Made by a program: the position numbers and the translations under genes
In this document: positions 50,166-60,854 of the stretch, piece after piece
How positions within the stretch are numbered: position 1 is the first letter of the stretch
How the letters are laid out: each line of letters starts with the position of its first letter
Notes under the pieces: generated by a model
What the model was told of the DNA's origin: nothing
Seen by the model: the letters and a program-made list of their open reading frames with translations, nothing else
Databases searched by the model: none
Origin: Nitrosopumilus sp.
GTDB taxonomy: Archaea > Thermoproteota > Nitrososphaeria > Nitrososphaerales > Nitrosopumilaceae
NCBI GenBank assembly: GCA_965204345.1
Contig: OZ241981.1
Location: 1,952,001 to 2,016,000 of the forward strand
Length of the DNA: 64,000 nt
Reading direction: 5' to 3'

Positions 50166-50621
50166 TTAAATTATTTTTGAAACTTTGGATTTAAAATCTG
50201 ACTCGTACCATGTTGTTTTATACGCTGATCTTTTTTGTGGCAAGATGTTAATTGCAATGTGTGAAAATTCTTTTTTCTTGTCTATTGATCCATGAGTGTG
50301 GAGTGTCTTTGTTGGAATGTGTACAATATCCCCCTCATTGAGACTAACTTTTTGTATTCTTTTAATCTTAAAATTATTTTTACCAGTACCATATTTTTTA
50401 AAAATTTCCAAACTCCCTTTTCCTTTTACTCCAATTAACACCTGGTTCCCATTGTGACTGTGTAGCTTTGTTCTTGATCCTTTCTCAAAATGAACATGGT
50501 AAATGTCTTGATCTTTTGATTTGATTTTTTCTGAAAGTATCTTCATCCATGTCTTATTTGTAAACCAGTTTGGATTCAGCTTTCGTCTGTCTCCGGTTCC
50601 TGAGATGTTTGTTTTTTTCAA
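50166..50621 (-). CDS. Cupin-domain protein
   Basis: LHSH..Q.L...G.G and GDIVHIP...HTHG motifs. Confidence 0.85.
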   Translation of the reverse strand: MKKTNISGTGDRRKLNPNWFTNKTWMKILSEKIKSKDQDIYHVHFEKGSRTKLHSHNGNQVLIGVKGKGSLEIFKKYGTGKNNFKIKRIQKVSLNEGDIVHIPTKTLHTHGSIDKKKEFSHIAINILPQKRSAYKTTWYESDFKSKVSKII

Positions 50622-50622
50622 A

Positions 50623-50985
50623 TTATATCCTACCCAAAATCTTCTTCTTTTTTGCCTGGAATTCCCTATCCGTAATTATCCCTGACTTTTTTAGTTTCCC
50701 AAGTTTTTCTAGTATTTCTAAATCCTCCTGTGTGTTTGATGATACTTTCTTTGCAGCTGCTATGCCTTTGTTTAATTTTTTTATTCCTTTTTCTTGCAAT
50801 ATTCTTTTTTCTTTTTCAGCCTGTTTACGAATATCTTTACTTGTTTTTAGTGCTTGTTTTGCAGTCATTGCTCCAAAATCCACTGCATCTTCTAGTACTG
50901 CATCAGCTTTCTTCACGCCTTCTTGCAATGCCTTGTCTGCTTTTTTGAGAAATTTGTCTATGTACCCTCTTTTTTTGTCTTCCAT
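50623..50985 (-). CDS. SHOCT-domain protein
   Basis: C-terminal LEKLGKLKKSGIITDREFQAKKKKIL. Confidence 0.85.
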   Translation of the reverse strand: MEDKKRGYIDKFLKKADKALQEGVKKADAVLEDAVDFGAMTAKQALKTSKDIRKQAEKEKRILQEKGIKKLNKGIAAAKKVSSNTQEDLEILEKLGKLKKSGIITDREFQAKKKKILGRI

Positions 50986-51066
50986 ACTAGTACAGTATTT
51001 TCAAATCTATTATTTCTTTCTTATGTAAATTGATTTAATAGATGGGTCGCTGTATTTTATATAGTC

Positions 51067-51774
51067 TTGGCAATCCCCCCTCATGGTGTAAAAATTGTTG
51101 TTTTGAGAAAAAATATCCAAGAAAATGATGCTATGGATATTGTTGAGCAAAAGAAAACAGCTCCTTTCAAGTCCCTATTATCTCGTCCAAAAAAAGAGAA
51201 TGTTCACATTCATTCTCTGAAGTTATATTATGAGTGTACATTGATGGTATCAGGAAAATATATTGCAGATTATTTTAGAAAGTCAACTCATACCATCTCT
51301 GTTGATTCTAATGTGCATGAAGTTGCCCTCGGCGATGGCTTGTTTCCCATTCGTTCTAAATCTGGAATTACCAAAGCATTTGCAGGTAAACGTGGTAAAA
51401 ATAAAATTGATTTAGACTTGGAAGAACATGTTTTTGTTGAAGAAGAAGAAGAATTAGCCTTTGATCACCATGGAAGAAATACCAAATTCACACTTAAAAC
51501 AAATTCCAAGACAGTTGAAAACTATCCTAAAAAATTACTAGAAAAAAATATTTCAAATGTTAAAAAATCTGAAATGACTCATGATGAGGCCATTGACAGG
51601 CTGCAATCTCACTTGAAAAAACCTCTTGAGACTGATGTTCGTCAACTGCATGAAGAATTTATTTTACATGCAATCACAGAGACATACATTCCAATTTTTG
51701 AGGCAAGGCTGATTGGTCCTAAAAAGAAAGTTGGGATTATTCGAATTGATGCTGTAAGAAAAAAGATTCTGTGA
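51067..51774 (+). CDS. Hypothetical protein
   Basis: 235-aa ORF ending IRIDAV..KIL. Confidence 0.75.
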   Translation: MAIPPHGVKIVVLRKNIQENDAMDIVEQKKTAPFKSLLSRPKKENVHIHSLKLYYECTLMVSGKYIADYFRKSTHTISVDSNVHEVALGDGLFPIRSKSGITKAFAGKRGKNKIDLDLEEHVFVEEEEELAFDHHGRNTKFTLKTNSKTVENYPKKLLEKNISNVKKSEMTHDEAIDRLQSHLKKPLETDVRQLHEEFILHAITETYIPIFEARLIGPKKKVGIIRIDAVRKKIL

Positions 51775-52303
51775 TTTTCTTGTATTGTGCCTAAAATTAT
51801 GTCCTTCAAAAATTAGACTATTTTTTTTGGTTTTAGTGGAGAATCTTGCCCTTTAATGGTATTGAATCAAAAATTTTGGAAGTGATTGGATGATTCCAAT
51901 TATGAACATTGGCGAATTCTTGATGGTTTGTATTTTTGCATTCATTGTGGATCTGATTTATAAGATATACTTTTGAAAAGTATCATACTATGTCCTCTTT
52001 AAATGATTTTTAAAGTGATTTGAATCACTACAAATCATAGCAAATAAAAAACAAAAAACAATTGTCAAACTATTTTGTTCTGATTGGCTTGTTTTTGGGC
52101 AGTATTGGCGTGATATCAGTTCACTCTGTCATAACACAATCAAACGAAGATGTATCCTGATCTTTATAAAAATCTATGAAGATCTTGAGGAACAACTGAT
52201 GCAATTCTACTCTCTTTTGAATTTAATGAGACGTGACTCTGATGACTTATGTAGATGATGAATAATCACTACTTTTTTTATTTATTTTATTTTTAATCAG
52301 TTT

Positions 52304-53125
52304 TTAGATTTTTATCAGTTTTCTGAATTCATCACTTGAGAGTAGTTTTGCAAACATTGGTTCTGCCTGTGCCCATTTTCTGATCATTTTAGGATTTTTT
52401 GATATTGATTGTTTTAACAATTTCAGTGCTTCTGGATGCCTTCCTAATGCCGCACTACTTCTTGATTTGGCGTAAATGACATTTACATTGTCCTTATGTT
52501 TTGATAATATTTGATCAAAAATCCCAATTGCCTTTTCATGTTTTTCTAGTTCTGCCAATTCAATTCCTTTATGAAACCATGCATCCATGTGACCGGGATG
52601 ATCTTTGTGTACTTTATCAAAACAATTTAATGATTCTTCATGTTTTTTTAATTTACCTAGAATAATTCCTTTGTAAAACAACGCATTTGGTTTTCTTGGT
52701 TCAATTGTAATTGCTTTTTCTAAAACTTTTATCGCTTCTTTGTGTTCTTGTAGTTTATCCAGTAACACACCCTTGTTAAAATATGATGCAGCATTTTTTG
52801 GATCTGCCTCAATTGCTTTATCATAACATTCTGCAGCAGCTTGAATATTGCCATTTTCTGCCATTGCAATTCCTTTATTATTCCATGCTTGAGAATCTTT
52901 TGGCTTTACCTCTAATAATATGTCAAAACAAGTGATTGCATCACTGTATTTTTTTATCTGATTTAATGCCAAACCTTTGTTGAATAACGCTCCTGTGTTC
53001 TTTGCATCTTGTTTTAGAACCTTGTTAAATGATGATATTGCTCCCTTTGGTTGGTTTTTTTCCATTAGTGACATTGCTTCATATATTAAATCATCTGGAT
53101 TTTTTTTGGAACTAAATAATCCCAT
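52304..53125 (-). CDS. Tetratricopeptide repeat protein
   Basis: Repeated AW.NKG..L...A...YDKAI..DP units. Confidence 0.93.
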   Translation of the reverse strand: MGLFSSKKNPDDLIYEAMSLMEKNQPKGAISSFNKVLKQDAKNTGALFNKGLALNQIKKYSDAITCFDILLEVKPKDSQAWNNKGIAMAENGNIQAAAECYDKAIEADPKNAASYFNKGVLLDKLQEHKEAIKVLEKAITIEPRKPNALFYKGIILGKLKKHEESLNCFDKVHKDHPGHMDAWFHKGIELAELEKHEKAIGIFDQILSKHKDNVNVIYAKSRSSAALGRHPEALKLLKQSISKNPKMIRKWAQAEPMFAKLLSSDEFRKLIKI

Positions 53126-53402
53126 AATTTCTTAATAATGGTATTGCTAATGAAAGTTTGGTTTAGTTTAATGATTTGAATTTTTTTATTGATTTTTTTG
53201 CCATATTTTCTTGTTGATCTACTGATGTATTTGTGGAATCTACTGTTACATATGCCTCTTTTTCATCTTTTTTCTTTTCCATATGTTGCATGGTTGTTAT
53301 TTTATAAAAATTTGAATTTTTTTAAAAAATACGATTAATTTGATTTAGGCATATTTTTACACATATCTGATTCTGAATCGATCTATTTTGTAGATAAAGT
53401 GC

Positions 53403-53621
53403 ATGTTCATAGATGGCATCAGGATTCTTTTATTTGAGAGTGTATTGATTTCATTATTAATTTTTGTCTGTTCGGAATTTATTTTATTATGTTATTTTGA
53501 AACCGTGTGGCAGGTTGTTGGATTGTTAATGGCACTGTTCATATCATCATCAATCTTGCAGGCAATATTTTTGCTCATCGTATATGTTATGATTTATAAA
53601 AAAACAAAAAAAGAGATCTGA
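53403..53621 (+). CDS. Small two-TM protein; only its 3' end is repeated in the array
   Basis: Hydrophobic 72-aa ORF spanning the array left boundary at 53539. Confidence 0.55.
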   Translation: MFIDGIRILLFESVLISLLIFVCSEFILLCYFETVWQVVGLLMALFISSSILQAIFLLIVYVMIYKKTKKEI

Positions 53622-53636
53622 TAGGGTGAGAGATAG

Positions 53637-54389
53637 ATGGCCTATACTAAAATAATGTCTTGTTTTGTGATGGTCTGGTTTGTTGTCGTTGTTATTAGCA
53701 TTATTGTTGTTCAACCCAGTTATGCGAATCTTCAAGATAATCTGATAGGAGGCAGTGATTTTGAAAAGTTAAAAATTCTTGAATATGACAAGAATCGCTT
53801 TGGCCTGTTTGGCTCTGATCAGTTAAAATGGATCATAAACTGGAATGGTGAGAGTTGGCAAGAGGAAACCCTGTTTGTTCAAGCAAGTAGCACTGCGTCC
53901 AAAATAACGTTTCTTGCCAGTGGAACTGACCGTCTTCATTTGGATGATATTGCACTGTCAAAAACATCGCTTGGGAAAAATTCAAACGAGTTTGCATTGG
54001 ATTTAATTCCTCAAAAAAGAGCTATTACAAACGAGCAAGATGCGCCGTTTCTGCTTGAGATAAACCCGATCTCTTTGGATTCCACCTCTGCTGCTGCCAC
54101 TCCCATGATACAACTAGACGTTGTTTATGATCAAAATGATTTCAAAGAAATATCCGTAAATCCCGACAGCGGGATTCCCCCATTCAAATCAGTCATTTTG
54201 GTCCATCCAGCACAAACTTCTGGAATAAAAAACTTCACCATACTTTCGCAGGATAGTCTTGATAATAATGTACAGGTTGTGGGAACCGTTGAAATACAAG
54301 AACCAAAAAACACATTTCTCTGGAATTTAATCATTGGCATACTGACAATTTTATTGGCATTGGGACTGTTCAAAGTAATCAAGAAATAA
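53637..54389 (+). CDS. Secreted, C-terminally anchored hypothetical protein, copy 1
   Basis: Signal peptide, beta-rich body, TM plus KVIKK. Confidence 0.8.
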   Translation: MAYTKIMSCFVMVWFVVVVISIIVVQPSYANLQDNLIGGSDFEKLKILEYDKNRFGLFGSDQLKWIINWNGESWQEETLFVQASSTASKITFLASGTDRLHLDDIALSKTSLGKNSNEFALDLIPQKRAITNEQDAPFLLEINPISLDSTSAAATPMIQLDVVYDQNDFKEISVNPDSGIPPFKSVILVHPAQTSGIKNFTILSQDSLDNNVQVVGTVEIQEPKNTFLWNLIIGILTILLALGLFKVIKK

Positions 54390-54422
54390 AAATTCTTCTG
54401 TATTGGCAGCGCGTACTGCTGT

Positions 54423-57041
54423 CTATGTTTTCACTTTGAATAAGGCAGCTTCACCTTCTCTAATGACTAATTGCAATTGAGGATTATCCTCAAAGAGGGC
54501 TATTCGTTCAGAAGTACTTATGTGAAGAGCTGGAAATACTGGTAGAAGCTGGTTCACATCCGATTGTTGTCTGTCTTGCGGATCACCGCCAGTAATTAAC
54601 ACATATTCAATACCATACTTGTCCAATATTTCCATCATTTTCATGTCTCCGGGATGGTGTAATACAAGGTTAGCCTCATATGCTCTCTCTTTTAGAAATG
54701 TATCATCTAACACAACACTACTGTGTATTCTTCTCCACATTTCTCTGTTATTAGTTATATCAAATATCTTTATTGATGAAAGCCACATTCCTTCACCAGT
54801 TCTATCCTCAAGGATGGTTGTATTTGAATCAAGATTGTCATTCATCCAACCCATCACTTTTAATTCATTGCTTGTAGGTAAATATCCTAGCAAATTATCT
54901 TTATACTCGTATGAAATATGAGTATCAAGACTTGGAGTTAGTGCAATAAAAACCAACGAGTAAATCGCTATGGACAAGACTGATTTTGAACGTAATGAAA
55001 TTTCGCGTTTGTTAAACCTAGTTGCAAGTTTATCAAAAATATCAACCCCTGCTAAAATTATTCCTATTTGAGAGATGATAGCTCCTAGTAAAACAAGTCT
55101 GTCAGGATACATAAACCAGAAAAGATTCTCGTAAATTACTTTATTTGATATTGTTCCAAACACTAGGGAAAACATTACAATCAAAAATAAACTAAACTCT
55201 CGATTGGATTTAAACAACCAAATTGCAGAAAGAACCCCCCCTAGTAATAAAATAAAATAAGGAAAATATATAGAATCCATGTTGTATATGTCTGCATCCT
55301 CTAATAATAGCCAAAAATAGTCGATAAGAATATTATTTATCTTCTGCAATTCATCTGCAAAATAAACCAGTGATGCGCCTGATGTTACTACCAAAATAAT
55401 TAACGCCAATCGTAAAATAAGCATATAGTTTTTTATCTTAAATTTCCCGACTCGCAGTCCATTTGTTTTGGAGTTTATGGGGGATTTTAAGAGTATTAAT
55501 TTAATAATTATAAACAAAACAAAGGGAACGATCATGATAGTATATGTGATAAATATTACAACTGACAATAGCGAATAAATAATAAAATTAGAATTATTTT
55601 TATTATTAATAACTATGCTGATAAAAAGCAAAAGTATGCAAGTAAATGTAGCAAATACAAAAGTTCCTGTAGATAATGGAGTAAGTAGTACATCATGAGA
55701 AATTACAAAATAACCTACTTCATTTCCTGGAATAAAAAACAATGCTCCAAATGCAATGCTTGCCAAGTAATACGATTTGGTTTTTTTGTATATTATTGAA
55801 AAACAGATGGGCGGCAAGAGTGCAACAATTGTTACTGTGACGGCATATTGGGATATTGGCAGCATGACGTTTGTAATCAAAGAAAAAAATGCAGTCAAAG
55901 CATGAAATCCCTGAGGATAAACTGTCATTCCATATGGCAAATCAAAAAATGGCCAATTATTGTTAAACACACTCGTATGATACATTATAAATTGCGAAGC
56001 GTGACCATGGTATTGCGAATCAAAAACAGGCGGCCAGTTCATATTTTCTGCAATTATAAAAAAGTGAGTCAGTGACAGAATTATGAGTATGCCTGCAATC
56101 AGATTTGGAAGAACTTTTTCATTTTTAATTTCAGACAGAATTTTAGCTCTGTCTCTGAAAATCAAGTAAGAGCCAACCATCATAAACGAAAAGAAGGCTG
56201 TCAGAACAGTAGTCTGTGTAAAGTGAAGCATTGCCAGAAAAATCGCCAAAAGAATCAGCAATACCAAGCCAAAGGCAGAGTACAGGGAAAAATTAATTAC
56301 AAATCCAAAATTCAGCTTGTATCGGATAATTTTTAATAGAAAATACCCCATAATAACTGAAGACGACAAATAAACAATCATGGATGTCAGTATCTCGTTT
56401 TTAAAATTCGACCTGTCTGAACCTATTTTGCTGTCAAATAATTCAGGCACTACCTCTGCATCTGTAATGAGCGTGGTCTGGGAATAAGAGTCCCCTCCGT
56501 TTACAAATGTAATTCTAAGAGACTTGACATTGCCAGGATCAAAGCCAGGTTTATTTTGAACGTAATTGGAGGGATCTACAATAACTTTTGCCCAAGTGCC
56601 ATCTTCTAAACCAAACCACTGTGGCAAATTCCAAAAAGGACGCTGTATATCATTTGCATCAACCATGATCAAAAATGCATTAGCCCTCCATGCTTCATGA
56701 GTACTTTTATTTATTCCAGCCACATTTTCAAGATTCATCCAAAATCGTAATCCTTGGCCCGTAGACAGATCCACAGGCTTGGAAAAACGGCACTCAAGAA
56801 CTGCTGTTTCTGTGGCATCACTGCTGGAAAAATAACTATAGGTAAAATCGCTATCATCATCATCATCATCACTATTCATATTCAGAGATTTGTCCAAAAA
56901 ACTAGACTCTGAATCCCACGTACAGTTATTCTCACTGTCAGACTCGAAAACATAAAAATCATGAAGATTTTCGGCAAATACAATTGATGGCAACGCACAT
57001 AATACCAACAAAACAAGTGCTATCCCACTAACAAGAAACAA
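54423..57041 (-). CDS. GT-C-fold (DUF6541/STT3-like) membrane protein with N-terminal CBM11/CIA30-like domain, copy 1 (allele A)
   Basis: Signal peptide; GLRFWM...WAKVIV...FDPGNVKSLRITF beta domain; first-loop D.QYH and YPQGFH; many TMs; C-terminal ELKVMGWM..N and LDKYGIEYVLI. Confidence 0.65.
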   Translation of the reverse strand: MFLVSGIALVLLVLCALPSIVFAENLHDFYVFESDSENNCTWDSESSFLDKSLNMNSDDDDDDSDFTYSYFSSSDATETAVLECRFSKPVDLSTGQGLRFWMNLENVAGINKSTHEAWRANAFLIMVDANDIQRPFWNLPQWFGLEDGTWAKVIVDPSNYVQNKPGFDPGNVKSLRITFVNGGDSYSQTTLITDAEVVPELFDSKIGSDRSNFKNEILTSMIVYLSSSVIMGYFLLKIIRYKLNFGFVINFSLYSAFGLVLLILLAIFLAMLHFTQTTVLTAFFSFMMVGSYLIFRDRAKILSEIKNEKVLPNLIAGILIILSLTHFFIIAENMNWPPVFDSQYHGHASQFIMYHTSVFNNNWPFFDLPYGMTVYPQGFHALTAFFSLITNVMLPISQYAVTVTIVALLPPICFSIIYKKTKSYYLASIAFGALFFIPGNEVGYFVISHDVLLTPLSTGTFVFATFTCILLLFISIVINNKNNSNFIIYSLLSVVIFITYTIMIVPFVLFIIIKLILLKSPINSKTNGLRVGKFKIKNYMLILRLALIILVVTSGASLVYFADELQKINNILIDYFWLLLEDADIYNMDSIYFPYFILLLGGVLSAIWLFKSNREFSLFLIVMFSLVFGTISNKVIYENLFWFMYPDRLVLLGAIISQIGIILAGVDIFDKLATRFNKREISLRSKSVLSIAIYSLVFIALTPSLDTHISYEYKDNLLGYLPTSNELKVMGWMNDNLDSNTTILEDRTGEGMWLSSIKIFDITNNREMWRRIHSSVVLDDTFLKERAYEANLVLHHPGDMKMMEILDKYGIEYVLITGGDPQDRQQSDVNQLLPVFPALHISTSERIALFEDNPQLQLVIREGEAALFKVKT

Positions 57042-57245
57042 CAGATTCTAAAATTTTCTTGTTTATTTATCTTTTCTTTATAAGATTAGGAATTTTGTTT
57101 TTTAATAAAAAATTACGTGGAAGATTTTTGATTGTCAATAGCATGGGTCATATCATCATCAATCTTGCAGGCAATATTTTTGCTCATCGTATATGTTATG
57201 ATTTATAAAAAAACAAAAAAAGAGATCTGATAGGGTGAGAGATAG

Positions 57246-57998
57246 ATGGCCTATACTAAAATAATGTCTTGTTTTGTGATGGTCTGGTTTGTTGTCGTTG
57301 TTATTAGCATTATTGTTGTTCAACCCAGTTATGCGAATCTTCAAGATAATCTGATAGGAGGCAGTGATTTTGAAAAGTTAAAAATTCTTGAATATGACAA
57401 GAATCGCTTTGGCCTGTTTGGCTCTGATCAGTTAAAATGGATCATAAACTGGAATGGTGAGAGTTGGCAAGAGGAAACCCTGTTTGTTCAAGCAAGTAGC
57501 ACTGCGTCCAAAATAACGTTTCTTGCCAGTGGAACTGACCGTCTTCATTTGGATGATATTGCACTGTCAAAAACATCGCTTGGGAAAAATTCAAACGAGT
57601 TTGCATTGGATTTAATTCCTCAAAAAAGAGCTATTACAAACGAGCAAGATGCGCCGTTTCTGCTTGAGATAAACCCGATCTCTTTGGATTCCACCTCTGC
57701 TGCTGCCACTCCCATGATACAACTAGACGTTGTTTATGAGCAAAATGATTTCAAAGAAATATCCGTAAATCCCGACAGCGGGATTCCCCCATTCAAATCA
57801 GTCATTTTGGTCCATCCAGCACAAACTTCTGGAATAAAAAACTTCACCATACTTTCGCAGGATAGTCTTGATAATAATGTACAGGTTGTGGGAACCGTTG
57901 AAATACAAGAACCAAAAAACACATTTCTCTGGAATTTAATCATTGGCATACTGACAATTTTATTGGCATTGGGACTGTTCAAAGTAATCAAGAAATAA
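57246..57998 (+). CDS. Secreted anchored hypothetical protein, copy 2
   Basis: Identical to copy 1 except VYDQ to VYEQ. Confidence 0.8.
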   Translation: MAYTKIMSCFVMVWFVVVVISIIVVQPSYANLQDNLIGGSDFEKLKILEYDKNRFGLFGSDQLKWIINWNGESWQEETLFVQASSTASKITFLASGTDRLHLDDIALSKTSLGKNSNEFALDLIPQKRAITNEQDAPFLLEINPISLDSTSAAATPMIQLDVVYEQNDFKEISVNPDSGIPPFKSVILVHPAQTSGIKNFTILSQDSLDNNVQVVGTVEIQEPKNTFLWNLIIGILTILLALGLFKVIKK

Positions 57999-58031
57999 AA
58001 ATTCTTCTGTATTGGCAGCGCGTACTGCTGT

Positions 58032-60650
58032 CTATGTTTTCACTTTGAATAAGGCAGCTTCACCTTCTCTAATGACTAATTGCAATTGAGGATTATCCTC
58101 AAAGAGGGCTATTCGTTCAGAAGTACTTATGTGAAGAGCTGGAAATACTGGTAGAAGATAGTACACACTAGAGGGGTGTCTGTCTTGCGTATAACCGCCA
58201 GTAATCAACACATATTCAATACCATACTTGTCCAATATTTCCATCATTTTCATGTCTCCGGGATGGTGTAATACAAGGTTAGCCTCATATGCTCTCTCTT
58301 TTAGAAATGTATCATCTAACACAACACTACTGTGTATTTTTCTCCACATTTCTCTGTTATTAGTTATATCAAATATCTTTATTGATGAAAGCCACATTCC
58401 TTCAGTAGTTCTATCCTGAAGGATGGTTGTATTTGAATCAAGATTGTCATTCATCCAACCCATCACTTTTAATTCATTGCTTGTAGGTAAATATCCTAGC
58501 AAACCATCGTCATACTCGTATGAAATATGAGTATCAAGACTTGGAATTAGTGCAATAAAAACCAACGAGCAAATCGCTATGGACAAGACTGATTTTGAAC
58601 GTAATGAAATTTCGCGTTTGTTAAACCTAGTTGCAAGTTTATCAAAAATATCAACCCCTGCTAAAATTATTCCTATTTGAGAGATGATAGCTCCTAGTAA
58701 AACAAGTCTGTCAGGATACATAAACCAGAAAAGATTTTCAAAAATTACTTTATTTGATATTGTTCCAAACACTAGGGAAAACATTACAATCAAAAATAAA
58801 CTAAACTCTCGATTGGATTTAAACAACCAAGTTGCAGAAAGAACCCCCCCTAGTAATAAAATAAAATAAGGAAAATATATAGAATCTATGTTGTATATGT
58901 CCATCTCTTCGAATAATAGCCAAAAATAGTCGATAGGAAGATTATGTTTCTTCTGCAATTCATCTGCAAAATAAACCAGTGATGCGCCTGATGTTACTAC
59001 CAAAATAATTAACGCCAATCGTAAAATAAGCATATAGTTTTTTATCTTAAATTTCCCGACTCGCAGTCCATTTGTTTTGGAGTTTATGGGGGATTTTAAG
59101 AGTATTAATTTAATAATTATAAACAAAACAAAGGGAACGATCATGATAGTATATGTGATAAATATTACAACTGACAATAGCGAATAAATAATAAAATTAG
59201 AATTATTTTTATTATTAATAACTATGCTGATAAAAAGCAAAAGTATGCAAGTAAATGTAGCAAATACAAAAGTTCCTGTAGAGAATATAGTAAGTAGTAC
59301 ATCATGAGAAATTACAAAATAACCTAATTCATTTCCTGGAATAAAAAACAATGCTCCAAATGCAATGCTTGCCAAGTAATACGATTTGGTTTTTTTGTAT
59401 ATTATTGAAAAACAGATGGGCGGCAAGAGTGCAACAATTGTTACTGTGACGGCATATTGGGATATTGGCAGCATGACGTTTGTAATCAAAGAAAAAAATG
59501 CAGTCAAAGCATGAAATCCCTGAGGATAAACTGTCATTCCATATGGCAAATCAAAAAATGGCCAATTATTGTTAAACACACTCGTATGATACATTATAAA
59601 TTGCGAAGCGTGACCATGGTATTGCGGATCAAAAACAGGCGGCCAGTTCATATTTTCTGCAATTATAAAAAAGTGAGTCAGTGACAGAATTATGAGTATG
59701 CCTGCAATCAGATTTGGAAGAACTTTTTCATTTTTAATTTCAGACAGAATTTTAGCTCTGTCTCTGAAAATCAAGTAAGAGCCAACCATCATAAACGAAA
59801 AGAAGGCTGTCAGAACAGTAGTCTGTGTAAAGTGAAGCATTGCCAGAAAAATCGCCAAAAGAATCAGCAATACCAAGCCAAAGGCAGAGTACAGGGAAAA
59901 ATTAATTACAAATCCAAAATTCAGCTTGTATCGGATAATTTTTAATAGAAAATACCCCATAATAACTGAAGACGACAAATAAACAATCATGGATGTCAGT
60001 ATCTCGTTTTTAAAATTCGACCTGTCTGAACCTATTTTGCTGTCAAATAATCCAGGCACTACCTCTGCATCTGTAATGAGCGTGGTCTGGGAATAAGAGT
60101 CCCCTCCGTTTACAAATGTAATTCTAAGAGACTTGACATTGCCAGGATCAAAGCCAGGTTTATTTTGAACGTAATTGGAGGGATCTACAATAACTTTTGC
60201 CCAAGTGCCATCTTCTAAACCAAACCACTGTGGCAAATTCCAAAAAGGACGCTGTATATCATTTGCATCAACCATGATCAAAAATGCATTAGCCCTCCAT
60301 GCTTCATGAGTACTTTTATTTATTCCAGCCACATTTTCAAGATTCATCCAAAATCGTAATCCTTGGCCCGTAGACAGATCCACAGGCTTGGAAAAACGGC
60401 ACTCAAGAACTGCTGTTTCTGTGGCATCACTGCTGGAAAAATAACTATAGGTAAAATCGCTATCATCATCATCATCATCACTATTCATATTCAGAGATTT
60501 GTCCAAAAAACTAGACTCTGAATCCCACGTACAGTTATTCTCACTGTCAGACTCGAAAACATAAAAATCATGAAGATTTTCGGCAAATACAATTGATGGC
60601 AACGCACATAATACCAACAAAACAAGTGCTATCCCACTAACAAGAAACAA
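58032..60650 (-). CDS. GT-C-like membrane protein, copy 2 (divergent allele B)
   Basis: Same length as copy 1, about 29 aa replacements by my count. Confidence 0.65.
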   Translation of the reverse strand: MFLVSGIALVLLVLCALPSIVFAENLHDFYVFESDSENNCTWDSESSFLDKSLNMNSDDDDDDSDFTYSYFSSSDATETAVLECRFSKPVDLSTGQGLRFWMNLENVAGINKSTHEAWRANAFLIMVDANDIQRPFWNLPQWFGLEDGTWAKVIVDPSNYVQNKPGFDPGNVKSLRITFVNGGDSYSQTTLITDAEVVPGLFDSKIGSDRSNFKNEILTSMIVYLSSSVIMGYFLLKIIRYKLNFGFVINFSLYSAFGLVLLILLAIFLAMLHFTQTTVLTAFFSFMMVGSYLIFRDRAKILSEIKNEKVLPNLIAGILIILSLTHFFIIAENMNWPPVFDPQYHGHASQFIMYHTSVFNNNWPFFDLPYGMTVYPQGFHALTAFFSLITNVMLPISQYAVTVTIVALLPPICFSIIYKKTKSYYLASIAFGALFFIPGNELGYFVISHDVLLTIFSTGTFVFATFTCILLLFISIVINNKNNSNFIIYSLLSVVIFITYTIMIVPFVLFIIIKLILLKSPINSKTNGLRVGKFKIKNYMLILRLALIILVVTSGASLVYFADELQKKHNLPIDYFWLLFEEMDIYNIDSIYFPYFILLLGGVLSATWLFKSNREFSLFLIVMFSLVFGTISNKVIFENLFWFMYPDRLVLLGAIISQIGIILAGVDIFDKLATRFNKREISLRSKSVLSIAICSLVFIALIPSLDTHISYEYDDGLLGYLPTSNELKVMGWMNDNLDSNTTILQDRTTEGMWLSSIKIFDITNNREMWRKIHSSVVLDDTFLKERAYEANLVLHHPGDMKMMEILDKYGIEYVLITGGYTQDRHPSSVYYLLPVFPALHISTSERIALFEDNPQLQLVIREGEAALFKVKT

Positions 60651-60854
60651 CAGATTCTAAAATTTTCTTGTTTATTTATCTTTTCTTTATAAGATTAGGA
60701 ATTTTGTTTTTTAATAAAAAATTACGTGGAAGATTTTTGATTGTCAATAGCATGGGTCATATCATCATCAATCTTGCAGGCAATATTTTTGCTCATCGTA
60801 TATGTTATGATTTATAAAAAAACAAAAAAAGAGATCTGATAGGGTGAGAGATAG

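Noticed and set aside
56850-56875. (CAT)n run encoding poly-Asp as a phase-variable tract
   Set aside because: Same length in both visible copies and in frame; no evidence of variation.
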